A DNA stretch of 59,366 nucleotides, counting the filler, from Sphacelaria rigidula (lineage: Eukaryota): the NCBI GenBank assembly GCA_964200075.2. It is 8 parts of 8 records of this genome, joined end to end, with 100 filler letters (N's around TTAATTAATTAA, not from the genome) between each part and the next. Parts side by side here need not be neighbours in the genome. Positions count along the whole stretch, not along the records: positions 22,302 to 29,634 come from CAXNAA020015394.1; positions 29,735 to 37,067 come from CAXNAA020015395.1; 6 more parts are not named here. One strand, written 5' to 3'. The position numbers and the translations under genes were made by a program. Below, in pieces: positions 23,726-34,797 of this stretch. Within the stretch, counting starts at the first letter, position 1. Each line of letters begins with the position of its first letter. The notes under the pieces were generated by a model. The model saw only the letters and a list, made by a program, of their open reading frames with translations. It ran no database searches and was not told the DNA's origin.

Positions 23726-24079
23726 TCCTCGATGACAAGCCCAATCCTCGAAATGGATGATCGGCTATTCGAACAGGATTCTCGGTTGCTAGTGGTGATT
23801 GGTCATAGTAGCTGAAGTGTTATTGACAGTGCTGTGCAACTCAGAGGGGAGGAGACCAATGGCGGACCACTGTACCGTGCTGCATGCAAACAGCCATTAA
23901 CATCCTGCACACACAGTGCCGACAATAGTACGGTGTTTCAAGTACGGTGATCCAAACTGCAAACGGTAGGTCACACAGGGGTACATATTTATTTTTCAAG
24001 AAACACAACCCCCAACGTTGAAAAAATCGAGAAGAACAGGGTTCGCGGGGGTTGGGCGCCGGGCGGCAGGTCTGTGCTA

Positions 24080-24300
24080 ATTACTTAAATTTAGTGTCTA
24101 GTAGTACTCGTTGTACTAGTAGTGGTAGTAGTACTACTGGTAGTACTAGTAGGGTTAGGGTTAGGGTTAGGGTTAGGGTCTACTACTAGTACTAGTAGTA
24201 AACTACTTGACTTAAGTGTCGTTGTAAACTGCTTGATCTTAGTGTAGTTATCAACTACTTGAATTTAGTGTAGTAGTATAATACTTCATTTTAGTGTGCA
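24080..24300 (+). repeat. Interstitial (TTAGGG)5 at 24150-24179 within TACTAGTA palindromic motifs and a degenerate ~26-bp tandem repeat
   Basis: TAGGGT x5, with flanking ACTTRAWTTAGTGT-like units about five times. Confidence 0.85.
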
Positions 24301-24749
24301 AATTGATTACTGTAGCATTTGATCATTGTATGGACACTGGAACCAGGTCAAACTGAAACACGTGCCGAAGCTTCACGTCGACCTGTAGAGATTGTACATC
24401 TTTCAGCGAGTGTGGTCCTCTTCAGCATTGCTTGAAATATTGGGTAGAGCTTGGATAGTGAGACGCGGCTGGTTTTTCACCGTGAGAGATGTACGTTACG
24501 TGTATGTATGTGTGCATATAGACGAATGGGCAGTGCACAAAGCAGTGTTTGGATAATGCTGGCGGAGTAGTCTTTCTGCTTGCCAATGAGCGTCTTCCTA
24601 CGGTTAACACAATTATGTAGCAGTTTACACCAAGGCTCGCAAGCTCCATACCATTGTCGACTGCGAATACTCTATTCGAAAGTGACCGCGGGTCAGACAA
24701 GTTTCGGCCCGGTTGCAGCAACAACAGCAACCTTCACGTCATCAGCGCA

Positions 24750-25039
24750 CAAAGGTTATGACATATATACATGGGTAGTGCACTTGTTTCTGTTCCGATT
24801 TTCCCATACTAAAATATATATATGAGAATAATAAAAAATAAGTCGTCTGTGACGCAGAGACGGTGCAAATGTTATATATACACAAAATATATACATAAGT
24901 AGTGCACTTGTTTCTGTTCCGACGGTGTCCCACACTAAAATAAATATGAAAACAATCCCAACTGCACCGTCTGTGTATCACAAATGATAACGAAAATCCC
25001 AGCGAGTGCACTACCGATGTATATATGTCATAACCTTTG
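24750..25039. mobile_element. hAT-type MITE, 290 bp, perfect 8-bp TSD
   Basis: TIR CAAAGGTTATGACATATATACATNGGTAGTGCACT (35 bp, 1 mismatch). TSD TCAGCGCA at 24742-24749 and 25040-25047. Confidence 0.92.
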
Positions 25040-25529
25040 TCAGCGCAAGAATGCCACGCAAATGACGCGGAATATGTTTGCTGTTTGCGCCTTCAAACAA
25101 GAAGAAGTGTGCAAGATGGGTTGTAACTAAGTGGCACAAGTCCCCAGAAAAAAAATCGACTGCGCTTGTCGAAAGTGACCCGGGTCAGCGGAATCCCTAC
25201 CCCCCCGCCCACACCCGCTGTCCCCCTACACGTTTTTTCACCGCGCACACGTACACTGTACTCTACATGTCACCTTCCAGCGCATAAACGTGTTTGGCAC
25301 CTCAAGACCTCGCCTCGAAACTAACGCGGCACATAGCAGCAACATACTACGGGTGGAAAATAAATTCATGTGTTTTTGTTTGAAAAATCAGACCCGAAAA
25401 GGGTGTTCGTAGGGGGCGGGGCTAGAGCAATGCTACGGTAGGGGTGCTCTTTTCGCGCGAAATCTTGTCTGGTTCAGGTGCTCCTCACGATTCTAGATGC
25501 CCAAGCATATGGGGGTCAGGGCATCCCCG

Positions 25530-25690
25530 TTTGCAAATTCAGTCGGGATATCCCCAGCATATATATTGGAAAAGTATTCCTGGTGTACTCTCACATATTT
25601 TCATAAGTCGTGTTCTGGATGACATCAAGGGTTCCTAACAGTTCTAACCTCAGAAAATATTTGTGCACCCCTCCCATAGCATCACTTGGT
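25530..25690 (+). repeat. Interspersed repeat; copies at ~34345-34500(-) and ~39220-39355(+)
   Basis: Shared CTCTCACATATTT...TGGATGA...AGGGTTCCTAACA...AACCTCAGAAAATATTTGTGCACCCC. Confidence 0.75.
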
Positions 25691-28600
25691 AGGCCATTTC
25701 CAATCCTGGTGAACCTCTGGGTCAGAACAGAATGGCGTCCTCTTCTTCCGCGGGACTGTCAGCTGAAACTTTTGTGCCGGCGCTCAAAGGGTCAGTGAAC
25801 ATTGGTTCCGCAGGACTTTGACCGACATGAGTGCGGAAGTGCTCCATAGCTTGTCCTTTGAATGTACACAGCACTCTACTTTGGAACATACGCAGCACCC
25901 CAGAGCACAGTCTTAGGGCCTAGTGTGGAAGTGTGGAAAATGAGTGTGTCGGGGACTTTTCATTTTTCTCCATTTCTGAATACTGAATGTACTATACTCG
26001 TGATTCCGCTAATGCCGCATACAAATGGAAAACTGTGTCCGTATTCTCCACTAGACGCATGAAACTTTAAAAGTTACTTTTCAGAGGAAACACGCGATCT
26101 GCACGTCGCTCTCGAGTCACAAAGTGCACTCAAAAGCCTCGCTCGTCACTACGTCGTACTGCATGCCCTCTGCTACACGTCCAGCTCGAATCGATTCCAT
26201 CTTACCATCAACTGCGCACAACATATAATATCCGCCTTGCATGTGTTCGCACACACACGAGCTAAGCTCCACGCGCAGCACATTCTTATGATGTACTCCC
26301 AAAACACAGTGAATGCAAAGAAGCTCACCGCCGTTCCCATTCTAGCTGTGAGCTGAGAACATACCCAGCTCTGCATTATTCCTAGATACCCAGCTCGCCG
26401 TGAGCTTTGTAGTGCTCTTGTTGGAGTTACCTGGTGTGTATCTTGCTCAACACAATCCGCCGGTGTATCTTTTTGGATCTTGACTTGATCTTGATTTTTA
26501 ATTATTCAGGACAGCCGTCGCACCTGCTTAGTGTTAAGGTTGACAGCATTTCTATAGCACCAACCATTGCGTACGTACATTTCCTCATCCCCTCCATCAC
26601 ACAGCTAACGTCAAACATGTCCTCGTATTTTCTTCCGTGTGCGACACTGTGTGCTAGGTTCATGATGCCTTCTGAAAACGTCATCGATCCTGTCCTGGGT
26701 TGTAGCTAGCTGGCGGAGGGAAATGAAGCCCAGACCAGGCCTGGACAAAGAAAAATAAGTCCAGTCTTGTTGACCCCTCTGCGGCACATGGGGTTTGAGC
26801 AGCGCACGTGCACGAAAATGCGTGCCTGTGTCCCCGAACACAAATATGCCGAATTCAACCAATCAAATCCTTCCCAAGAATCATGGAAAAAAACAACGAA
26901 AAAATGGCTGATTTTCCACGGTTTCATTTGAACTAGCTATCATACGTATAACGACCTGTACTTACCACCTTGGTGGCACAAAAAACAGCGCCTCGAAAAC
27001 AAAGGGTACGGAGTAGGAATGCCACACCCTTTGTCTCGAAATCCACACTTTTCCATGGTCAGTACCAGCAGCAGTCGGTTGAAAATTGCCTCATCCGGTG
27101 ATGTCACGTACTATTAATTATACACTCAGTCGTACACGTATATGAAGGAGGAGGAAATTGTTAGGCCGCCAGATCGGAGCGTCGGATCGGCGCTGCTGAT
27201 TCGAGCGCCTTTCTACGGCAGCCGTTCGCCGCTGTCCAGTGGAGCACAAACTTTTGCAGGATGCAGCGTCAGACCAAGGTAGACCGTTCTCGTGGAGGCA
27301 ACCGAGTCAGCGGCTACAAACCCCAAAATCGGCGGTCATGACAATCTACTCGGCGGTCAGCCACTCGAGATCTCCCAAAATCGGCTTTGCGCCGACTCGC
27401 CGCCGCTATATCGCCCCCCCCCCCCTCTGGTGTTTGGACGTACTCGGAATATTTTTGTGTTGTATGCTCGTGTGCGTGCCATATGCCAAAAGCCAGGTCA
27501 CCGTACAACCAAGCGGAAGACCTTCATTCTATAAAATGCAAAGGAACCATATATTGGTGCACTAGTACTGCTATACTGCTGTATAGTCTCATGCGTGGGT
27601 GGTGTCATGCCGTCTGCATAACACGGAGCAGCCGCCGCTGCTTTCGCCCGGAAGAGAGGTATGGTGATGATTGTGCCGGAGAGGTGGATGGTCATGATGT
27701 TACCCATGTCGGTCCCGTCATTCCTGTACTTTCTTGACCTGTGTGGCAACAAAAAATATTTATGTGCAGCGCCAGCGCCAGCTCATTGCCGTGATGGACC
27801 AAGGGGCAGGCACTTACAACGGAAATGTTTCGCATCGGAGGGATTCCTGGTCCTGAAAAGGCGCATCTAGCGGAAATATTCTTGTAGAATTATATAGGGA
27901 TCACACTGACTGTTCATGCGGAAACCGATCGGTGTCAGTGTCCCCGATTAACCATTAGACCGCAAGGAGGGTAGTCTATTTGAACCGTATACATTTTTTT
28001 TTCAAGTGAAATTAATTGATGACAGGGCGACAACAGATGACCTACTCTCGCCTCCAAGACGGGTAAGTATCATTCATCATTGATTATGATGGCTATAATA
28101 GCGCTCGACCGGTCAAGCGGTGGGGGTTTGAATTATGTGCATCCATGTACAGTATTTCAGAAGAGAAAAGCACCCCTTCCCTACAGCCATCCTGTTCACA
28201 GCGCGTTGTTGTTCGGGCCGACTCAAATATCGATTACCATCCCTCATCTCTTTTCGGGCATCGCCCACGGTAAGAATTTGTGAATACTCTAGCGGAATAC
28301 TGATGCCTCCCCTCTCCTTCCCGTTTTTTGTTCACTACTGTATGATGAGTAAACACATATTCAATCCAGTGTAATTGATACCACAAGAGACAAGACCGAG
28401 AAAGAAACTTGTGGGCGACATGCGTGGGGTTTTGTGTGCTGGTGGTGGAATTTTGTGAAGATAAAAATTTCGGAGGGTGCGACGAACTGGCTCCAAGGTG
28501 TGACTCCCCGAGATTGTAGCAAGCTGTTCGTTGTTGAACCCTTCTTTTTGCCGATCGGAAAACACGTGGAGTTTTGTTGAACTCTTCGATGGGAACAAAC

Positions 28601-29734
28601 GGCTTGCTCCTTAGTGCTGCTGTACAAGTATGGATACAGTATAGTGCTGCTGTACAAGTATGGATACAGTAGAGTAAAGGGATTTTTCGTTTGCATGAGA
28701 TCCCACGCATGAATGTCAGATGACCGGTAGTGTGCACGTTGTTGTTTCCATCTGCCTTCCATCACACAAATGATGATAGTTAACCCGTTGGCCGCGAGGG
28801 CAGGTCACCTGCTGAATCGGCATCAACTTTTAGTTGAAAAGAGTACGCGTAATTCAGATGGACTACCCGCACCGCTGTCTAAGGGTCACCGAAGAAGGTA
28901 ATGAGGCATTCAAAGTGCGACAAATAAATTGAATGGATGCTGTTCTATCCACGTTGCAACGTGTACAATATTTGTTCTACAGTACTGTTGTTCAGCAGTG
29001 CCGTGCAACAAGTAAGTATCGATGGAATACAAGATCTTCTGGTTCACAAGCGATCTCATACATCGAATGTGTGCGAGCTATACCGGTAGCGCGGACGGAA
29101 TTATTTCCGTCGGAGTGTCATCATGTAAGTGGTGGACCCGATTTTATATAGATTATTTTATGCCAGATAAAGTTTATGCCGTTCTTTTAAAGGTACAACA
29201 GTAGTACACGAAAAATATCCGAATGTCAAGAATCGGAGCGTTGCGGTTCGTGTATCAGTACGAATCGTTTCATAGTGCAACGGATCAAGCTGCCGGATAA
29301 CAGCGAAGCAAGAATGGGATTCAGCGTAGTCGGGAAAAGGGTTTGTAACAACAGTACAGTACGGCATTTATTCAGCAATATCGTCAAGCAACGCAGCAGG
29401 CGATTTCGTTTCGAAAAATGGAATAAAATTAGTCTAGATTCACAGGAGGAGCAAAATTATTTTTATGCCGCTTTCCTCTCAGGCTTCGGTACACGGCATG
29501 AAATCTAGTTTCATGCCGGTTCGGCATAAAACCTGGCGCCCAACTTTGCATACCCTGGACAATAGAATCAAGGGTCGGACAAATAATGATTCGTCTGAAA
29601 ATTACTTGGTTTTAGAATCATGAGTCCACTCGTGNNNNNNNNNNNNNNNNNNNNNNNNNNNNNNNNNNNNNNNNNNNNTTAATTAATTAANNNNNNNNNN
29701 NNNNNNNNNNNNNNNNNNNNNNNNNNNNNNNNNN

Positions 29735-29793
<59 letters not shown>

Positions 29794-30540
29794 AAGAACA
29801 ACAACAACAACATTATCATCATCATCCACATCATAGTAATAATAATAGTATAACCATCATAATAATCATCATAGTAGTCATTATCATAATCACCGTCATC
29901 ATCATCATACAGTAGTGGGCGGTCTAACAATTCATTTTGTGACATTTTGTGGTTTTTTCGTGATTGGCGATTTTCGTGAGCTCTTTTCGCTTGCTACCGC
30001 TTATCGCATTGAGGATCTGAAGATATTTTTATCCGCTTCACATTCCACGAAAAGATATATATATATACTCAATATTGAGTGAGTTACGGGCTGACCGGTC
30101 ATCGGGAGTCCCGCCACGTTTCAGCCTAGATTCTTACTCCTCGGTATTTTCGGTCAATCGAGCCTTTCCCAATCATATTTGTGGAGAAATATATAGTTTT
30201 ATTTTTCTGAAATTCTACCTACTCATGGCACTAGAGCCGAAAAACTGTGTTTCCGGTCAAAAACACCCTCCTGATAAACAGGGAATTTACTCGTTTTGCC
30301 CGATAACACCAACAAACACTGCCATGGGCACTGTGTTTCGGGGATGATCTGTTGATTGTACCAAAATCTGCCGACGCTAGCAATTTCGAGTTCTGTCGAA
30401 GAGTAGTACGCGAGAAAACCTCCAAAGCACTGTTAAATAGTTAGACCGCTCACTACTGTACATCATCATCATCATCATCACCATCACCATCATCGTCGTC
30501 GTCGTCGTCATCACCATCACCATCATCGTCGTCGTCGTCG

Positions 30541-30637
<97 letters not shown>

Positions 30638-30830
30638 AACCATAACCATAACCATAACCATGACCATGACCATAACCATGACCATAACCATGACCATGAC
30701 CATAGCACTAGTAATCATACCGATAACAATATTAATAACAATACTAATAACAACAACAACAACACTAAAAATAAACACAAGCAAAAAAAACAATAGATGA
30801 TAATACAAATAACAATAACAGTATAATATA
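29735..30830. repeat. (ATG)n/(CAT)n/(CATAAC)n microsatellite field interrupted by a MITE
   Basis: Direct reading. Confidence 0.95.
29910..30458. mobile_element. Tc1/mariner-type MITE, 549 bp, TA target duplication
   Basis: TA|CAGTAGTGGGCGGTCTAAC ... GTTAGACCGCTCACTACTG|TA (19-bp TIR, 1 mismatch). Confidence 0.9.
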
Positions 30831-31152
30831 ACTAATCATGATAATTTCATGTGAGCACGGCTGGATCCCCGGGGGGTCATTCAAAGTACGACAATCAATC
30901 GATGAAGAATCAATCAATGGTGACAATTATCACTACAATATCAACAATATATATTGTGACCTGCGTGTCCAATACACAAATGTCTACCTTATTTCGAGAT
31001 GCACATCCCTGCAAGTTGATCTTCATTTTGATTTTGAGTGTCGCACACTAACTGATCCCCAACCGTGCTTACATGATAGACATACGTATGTTACACCTGT
31101 GTATATTGCGTGCCCACCTACTATCGCGCCGAACCGCACATTACTATATTAC

Positions 31153-34100
31153 CTCCTCTGCCCACTCTGCCTGACGCCGTGACAGGTCCTTAGCATCAAC
31201 CGCGCCACCAGAGGACGCCGCAAACACCTAAAGCACCAGGGCGGGGGCAGCAGTCGACGATACGTTTACGACATCGAAGCGATACCGGTTCATCATATGT
31301 ATACGCACACAAACATATTAAAAAGATTGGGAAGAGTACTCGGAGGATGTTGCCTACAGATTCTTCCATAGTCAAACGTCAAGCTGTACGCTTTCAAACC
31401 TAAAGAAAGATTGATACCAAGGTTGCCCTCCTTGAAGAGTTGCAAGCATTCGGAAAAAGAAGTCGGGCGCAAGCATATCATAGATACTAAAGCGGAAACA
31501 TCAGTTCACGGGAAGCAAGGCATGGCCATACATCGTACTGTGGGTCAAAATGTACACATATTCTCCATCCCGTGCTCTCGGACTGCTCTCGCACGAATTG
31601 CTATTTCACGGTAAGATGATACACCTGAGTGATTATAATATTCTAGGCGCAATGACGCAGTGTCATCACACCGACAGCCACATCGCTTTGCAATAAGATC
31701 TCGACGGGATCCAATGACAGACTAATCTCCTTCGGCAACGTAGGCTAGCGCTCGAAATAATAGATTTGAGGGAGTGGGTCGGGGGGGGGGGGGGGGATCT
31801 CGTTTGTTGGTTGCCGCCGTGGTTGCAACCTTGACCCCGCACCCCTTTCGAGGTGGGGCACCGTTCCCTNNNNNNNNNNGGACAAACAGGTCGGTGTGGT
31901 CCGCGGGGGGAGGGTGGGGGGGGGGGAGAATTGTGGGGGTGGGGGGGGGGGGGGGGGGGGGGGGGGGGGAATCTCGTTTGTTGGTTGCCTCAGTCGTTCG
32001 ATCATTGACCACGCATCCCTTTCGAGATGGAGCACCGTTCCTATTCCTAATAGAGACACCTCCAACATCTTGGTGCTCATTACGTTTTCTCCATACGTTA
32101 CACGAAAACCGTTAACATGACTTATCCCCGTCCTGTTTCGCGGTCTGTGGCCACCAACTATCTAGAGCATCAAACGACAGTATGGGGGAAACAACGGCTG
32201 TACTAGGAGATAGATGGTGGCCACAGACGGCGAAACAAGACGGAAATAAGATATGTAAAATGTTTTTGTGTAACGTTTGAAAAAAACGTAATGGACGGGC
32301 GGGGCAGGAGGGGAAGGGGGGGGAATAACCTTGGACTTGGCGGTAGGGCGGCACCCTGCCCGCTCTACGTCAACGAAAGTAGAAATATCCTCACTGTGCA
32401 GTCTGCGTTTGATTAAATCTGCACCCGATGCAGTAGTCCCTTTTCACTTACTCGAACTGCTTTAAGCTGTTATTATTGATTCTCCCGTTTTTCACGCCGG
32501 GCTTTAATTGTTATCCGATTTATTGCGTGGTCGCATATGGGGTGAAGGTTAGGGAAATATCATAAAGATCTTTCAGTTTCCACATGAGATCGCATCCTCA
32601 GAACTGCGAGATCATCTGCACATATCGTCAACTGCAAAAAAAGCAATTGATTGGGGATTTTCAGGAGTAATGTTTCGTGGTTCTAGTGTTGCTTGGGATC
32701 TTCGTAAAAATCAACCATACCGAATTTACCCTGACATTAATTCTGCTATTCCAGTTGATATCAATGGGGATTGTTTTGATAGATACAGTATTTGTATTCA
32801 AGAAATGCGACAGTCTCTTAAAAGTATGCATCAATGTATAAGTAAAATTACAAGCGGTAGTGCTATCCCGTGGTATAAAGAACGTGGCTCAACCCGGTAT
32901 GTCATTGACGAATACCTGTCTCCACGAATATTCTATGGCAACCCACCTTCGCCTCTTCCCATTGTCTAAGATCGATGAACATGGTGATTGCTTTCTCCGC
33001 CATTCCGCTTCGCGCCCAGACCTGCAACCCGACCACATAACGACCAAGCCGGAAATAAAATAAAACGAAAGAAGACGAAACAGCGAAAAAATATAGCCAA
33101 CCGTGAACGACAGCACTAAGTGTCACATTTAGTTACGCACAACCAACGCTCGTATTATGAGGCATGAAGTCAGAAGTAACAAGTATATTAATCAGATTAT
33201 CGTTTGGTGCTTGTGTAGTCATATATATCGATTGATGTAATGAAGATGATATCGTCGCCCCCCACAAACCGCGAACGGAGCGAACGCATCGACCGACCGC
33301 TTGAAACGGTGAACCAACCGTTTTCTTTGTTCACCCATATACTACACCTTAGAAAGCGTATATCCCAGGGTGATCAAAAAAAGCTCAGCCTCGGGTTTCG
33401 CACCCTGCGGCGCCCATGCCATCGAAAGTTGTATCATTGGAAATGCATCGTCGACATGTTTCAGTGAAACAGAATCTCCTATGGAAGTGCGAGTCCTTTC
33501 TTGGGGAAAAGCTCGTCAAGTGTAATACTACAGCTGTGCACAAGCAAAAGCGCGAGAGGCAGCAGCATTACGCTGCGAAGTATCGACGGGAACGGCCAGG
33601 TAATAAAAATAACTGGATCAGTACGTTGTATGACACACCGGCTAACTGTCATGTCACCCTAGGTGCATGTTGGTACCAAAATCATGTCGGAGAGTCGATG
33701 GAAACGAATTCGCGCAGGTTTAAGGTCAAAGTTATGAAGTAGCAGATTGGCTGGCAACAACTCTGCTCACATATACGGTGTTTGCGTGCTTAAGAACGAA
33801 ACACGTGTGCAAAAACACACAAGAGTACGTGAAACTTGTCTCGAGGGGCTTCTCACCTTTGCGGCTTGCTGGTACATGCCCTGGTGCGCCATGAGTTCTG
33901 CTGATGCGTCGGCCTCGATTTTTACCCTGCCGTTTCGCCACCCCCGCCACCCCCGCCACACATACACACCAGGAAATCGAAGGTGCATCAAACAGATAGA
34001 AATGTGGGTATCATCTATTAAACTAGGCAGATGATGATAAGCTAGCGGTTTACCTTCAACCCGGTTCCCGTAATCTCAGACGGTAACTGAATGGTAATAT

Positions 34101-34797
34101 TACATATTTACATTTCTTCAAAGCTTCTGGTTGATACATTGGTGGTGTCGCGGACTATATTTTTTTTATGAACTGTCGCACTTTGAATCCCTCCCCCTCC
34201 TCGGGACGAGTCCGTGTTCTCGAGGGATCAACCTATCTGTCCCCGGTGTCTATGATGTACATATCTATGATCTACAGGTCCCCCGCGCTGCGGAGTGGCC
34301 CAAAAGGCACTATTTTTTTCGTGCAGGGAAAAAGAGTAAAATCGAGGTAGGGGTGCACAAAATATTTCTGAGGTTTGAATTCGTAGGATTCTTTTACGTT
34401 ATCCACAGAAAGACCCATGCGAAATATTATGATATCACGCCACGATGAGCACACCAAAGGGCCAGGGATGTCTCAAATGGATTTTGAAACGGGGATTTCC
34501 TCACCCATATTTATAGTGCATGTAATATATGGAGGAGCCTCACAATGAGAACGATCTGGGCACGAATGTGGAACCCCTACCGTGGCATGACTCAAAAATA
34601 AGTAGGAAACGTTGTGTTCTGTTGCAAGACCTGAATTCCGGGTTCTTCGCCAAAAACGCCGCTTCCTGAACGCTTCGCATCTCGATCTCGGACAGCACGT
34701 CGACGGATTGAACATCTCGTAAGCGGATGAACGCCTTCCTGCTAACCTCGAACTCCATGGCTTGCAAAGCAGACGTGCCCAATATATGCCAATCGCG
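31153..34797 (-). CDS. IFT122: Intraflagellar transport protein 122 (IFT-A), four internal exons: 34797-34631, 33926-33857, 33021-32947, 31227-31153
   Basis: Phase-consistent splice (2,0,0) gives RDWHILGTSALQAMEFEVSRKAFIRLRDVQSVDVLSEIEMR...AELMAHQGMYQQAAK|VWARSGMAEKAITMFIDLRQWEEAK|VFAASSGGAVDAKDLSRRQAEWAEE. This is collinear with the IFT122 region as I recall it: [25 protein letters not shown]...[21 protein letters not shown]...KQADWA. Confidence 0.9.
31870..31879. other. 10-N scaffold gap inside a poly-G/LINE-end cluster
   Basis: Direct reading; differs from the 100-bp spacers. Confidence 0.95.
32631..32858 (+). pseudogene. nad7: NUMT: fragment of mitochondrial nad7 (complex I 49-kDa subunit) in an IFT122 intron
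   Basis: AT-rich island translating TAKKAIDWGFSGVMFRGSSVAWDLRKNQPY...NGDCFDRYSICIQEMRQSL, matching the Nad7/NuoD motifs WGFSGVMLRGSG, WDLRK and GDCxDRYxxRxxEMRQS. Conserved residues are substituted and there is no start, stop or splice context. Confidence 0.92.

Noticed and set aside
30377..30808. 143-aa poly-Met ORF
   Set aside because: Translation of a (CAT)n microsatellite.
32078..32293. Foldback MITE
   Set aside because: The arms are LINE coding fragments (WWPQTAKQ) and one arm continues into the LINE 3' end, so these are inverted LINE pieces rather than TIRs.
32670..32969. 99-aa ORF as a functional nad7 gene
   Set aside because: It covers a small internal part of Nad7 with substitutions at conserved sites, then runs into intron sequence and the antisense of an IFT122 exon.
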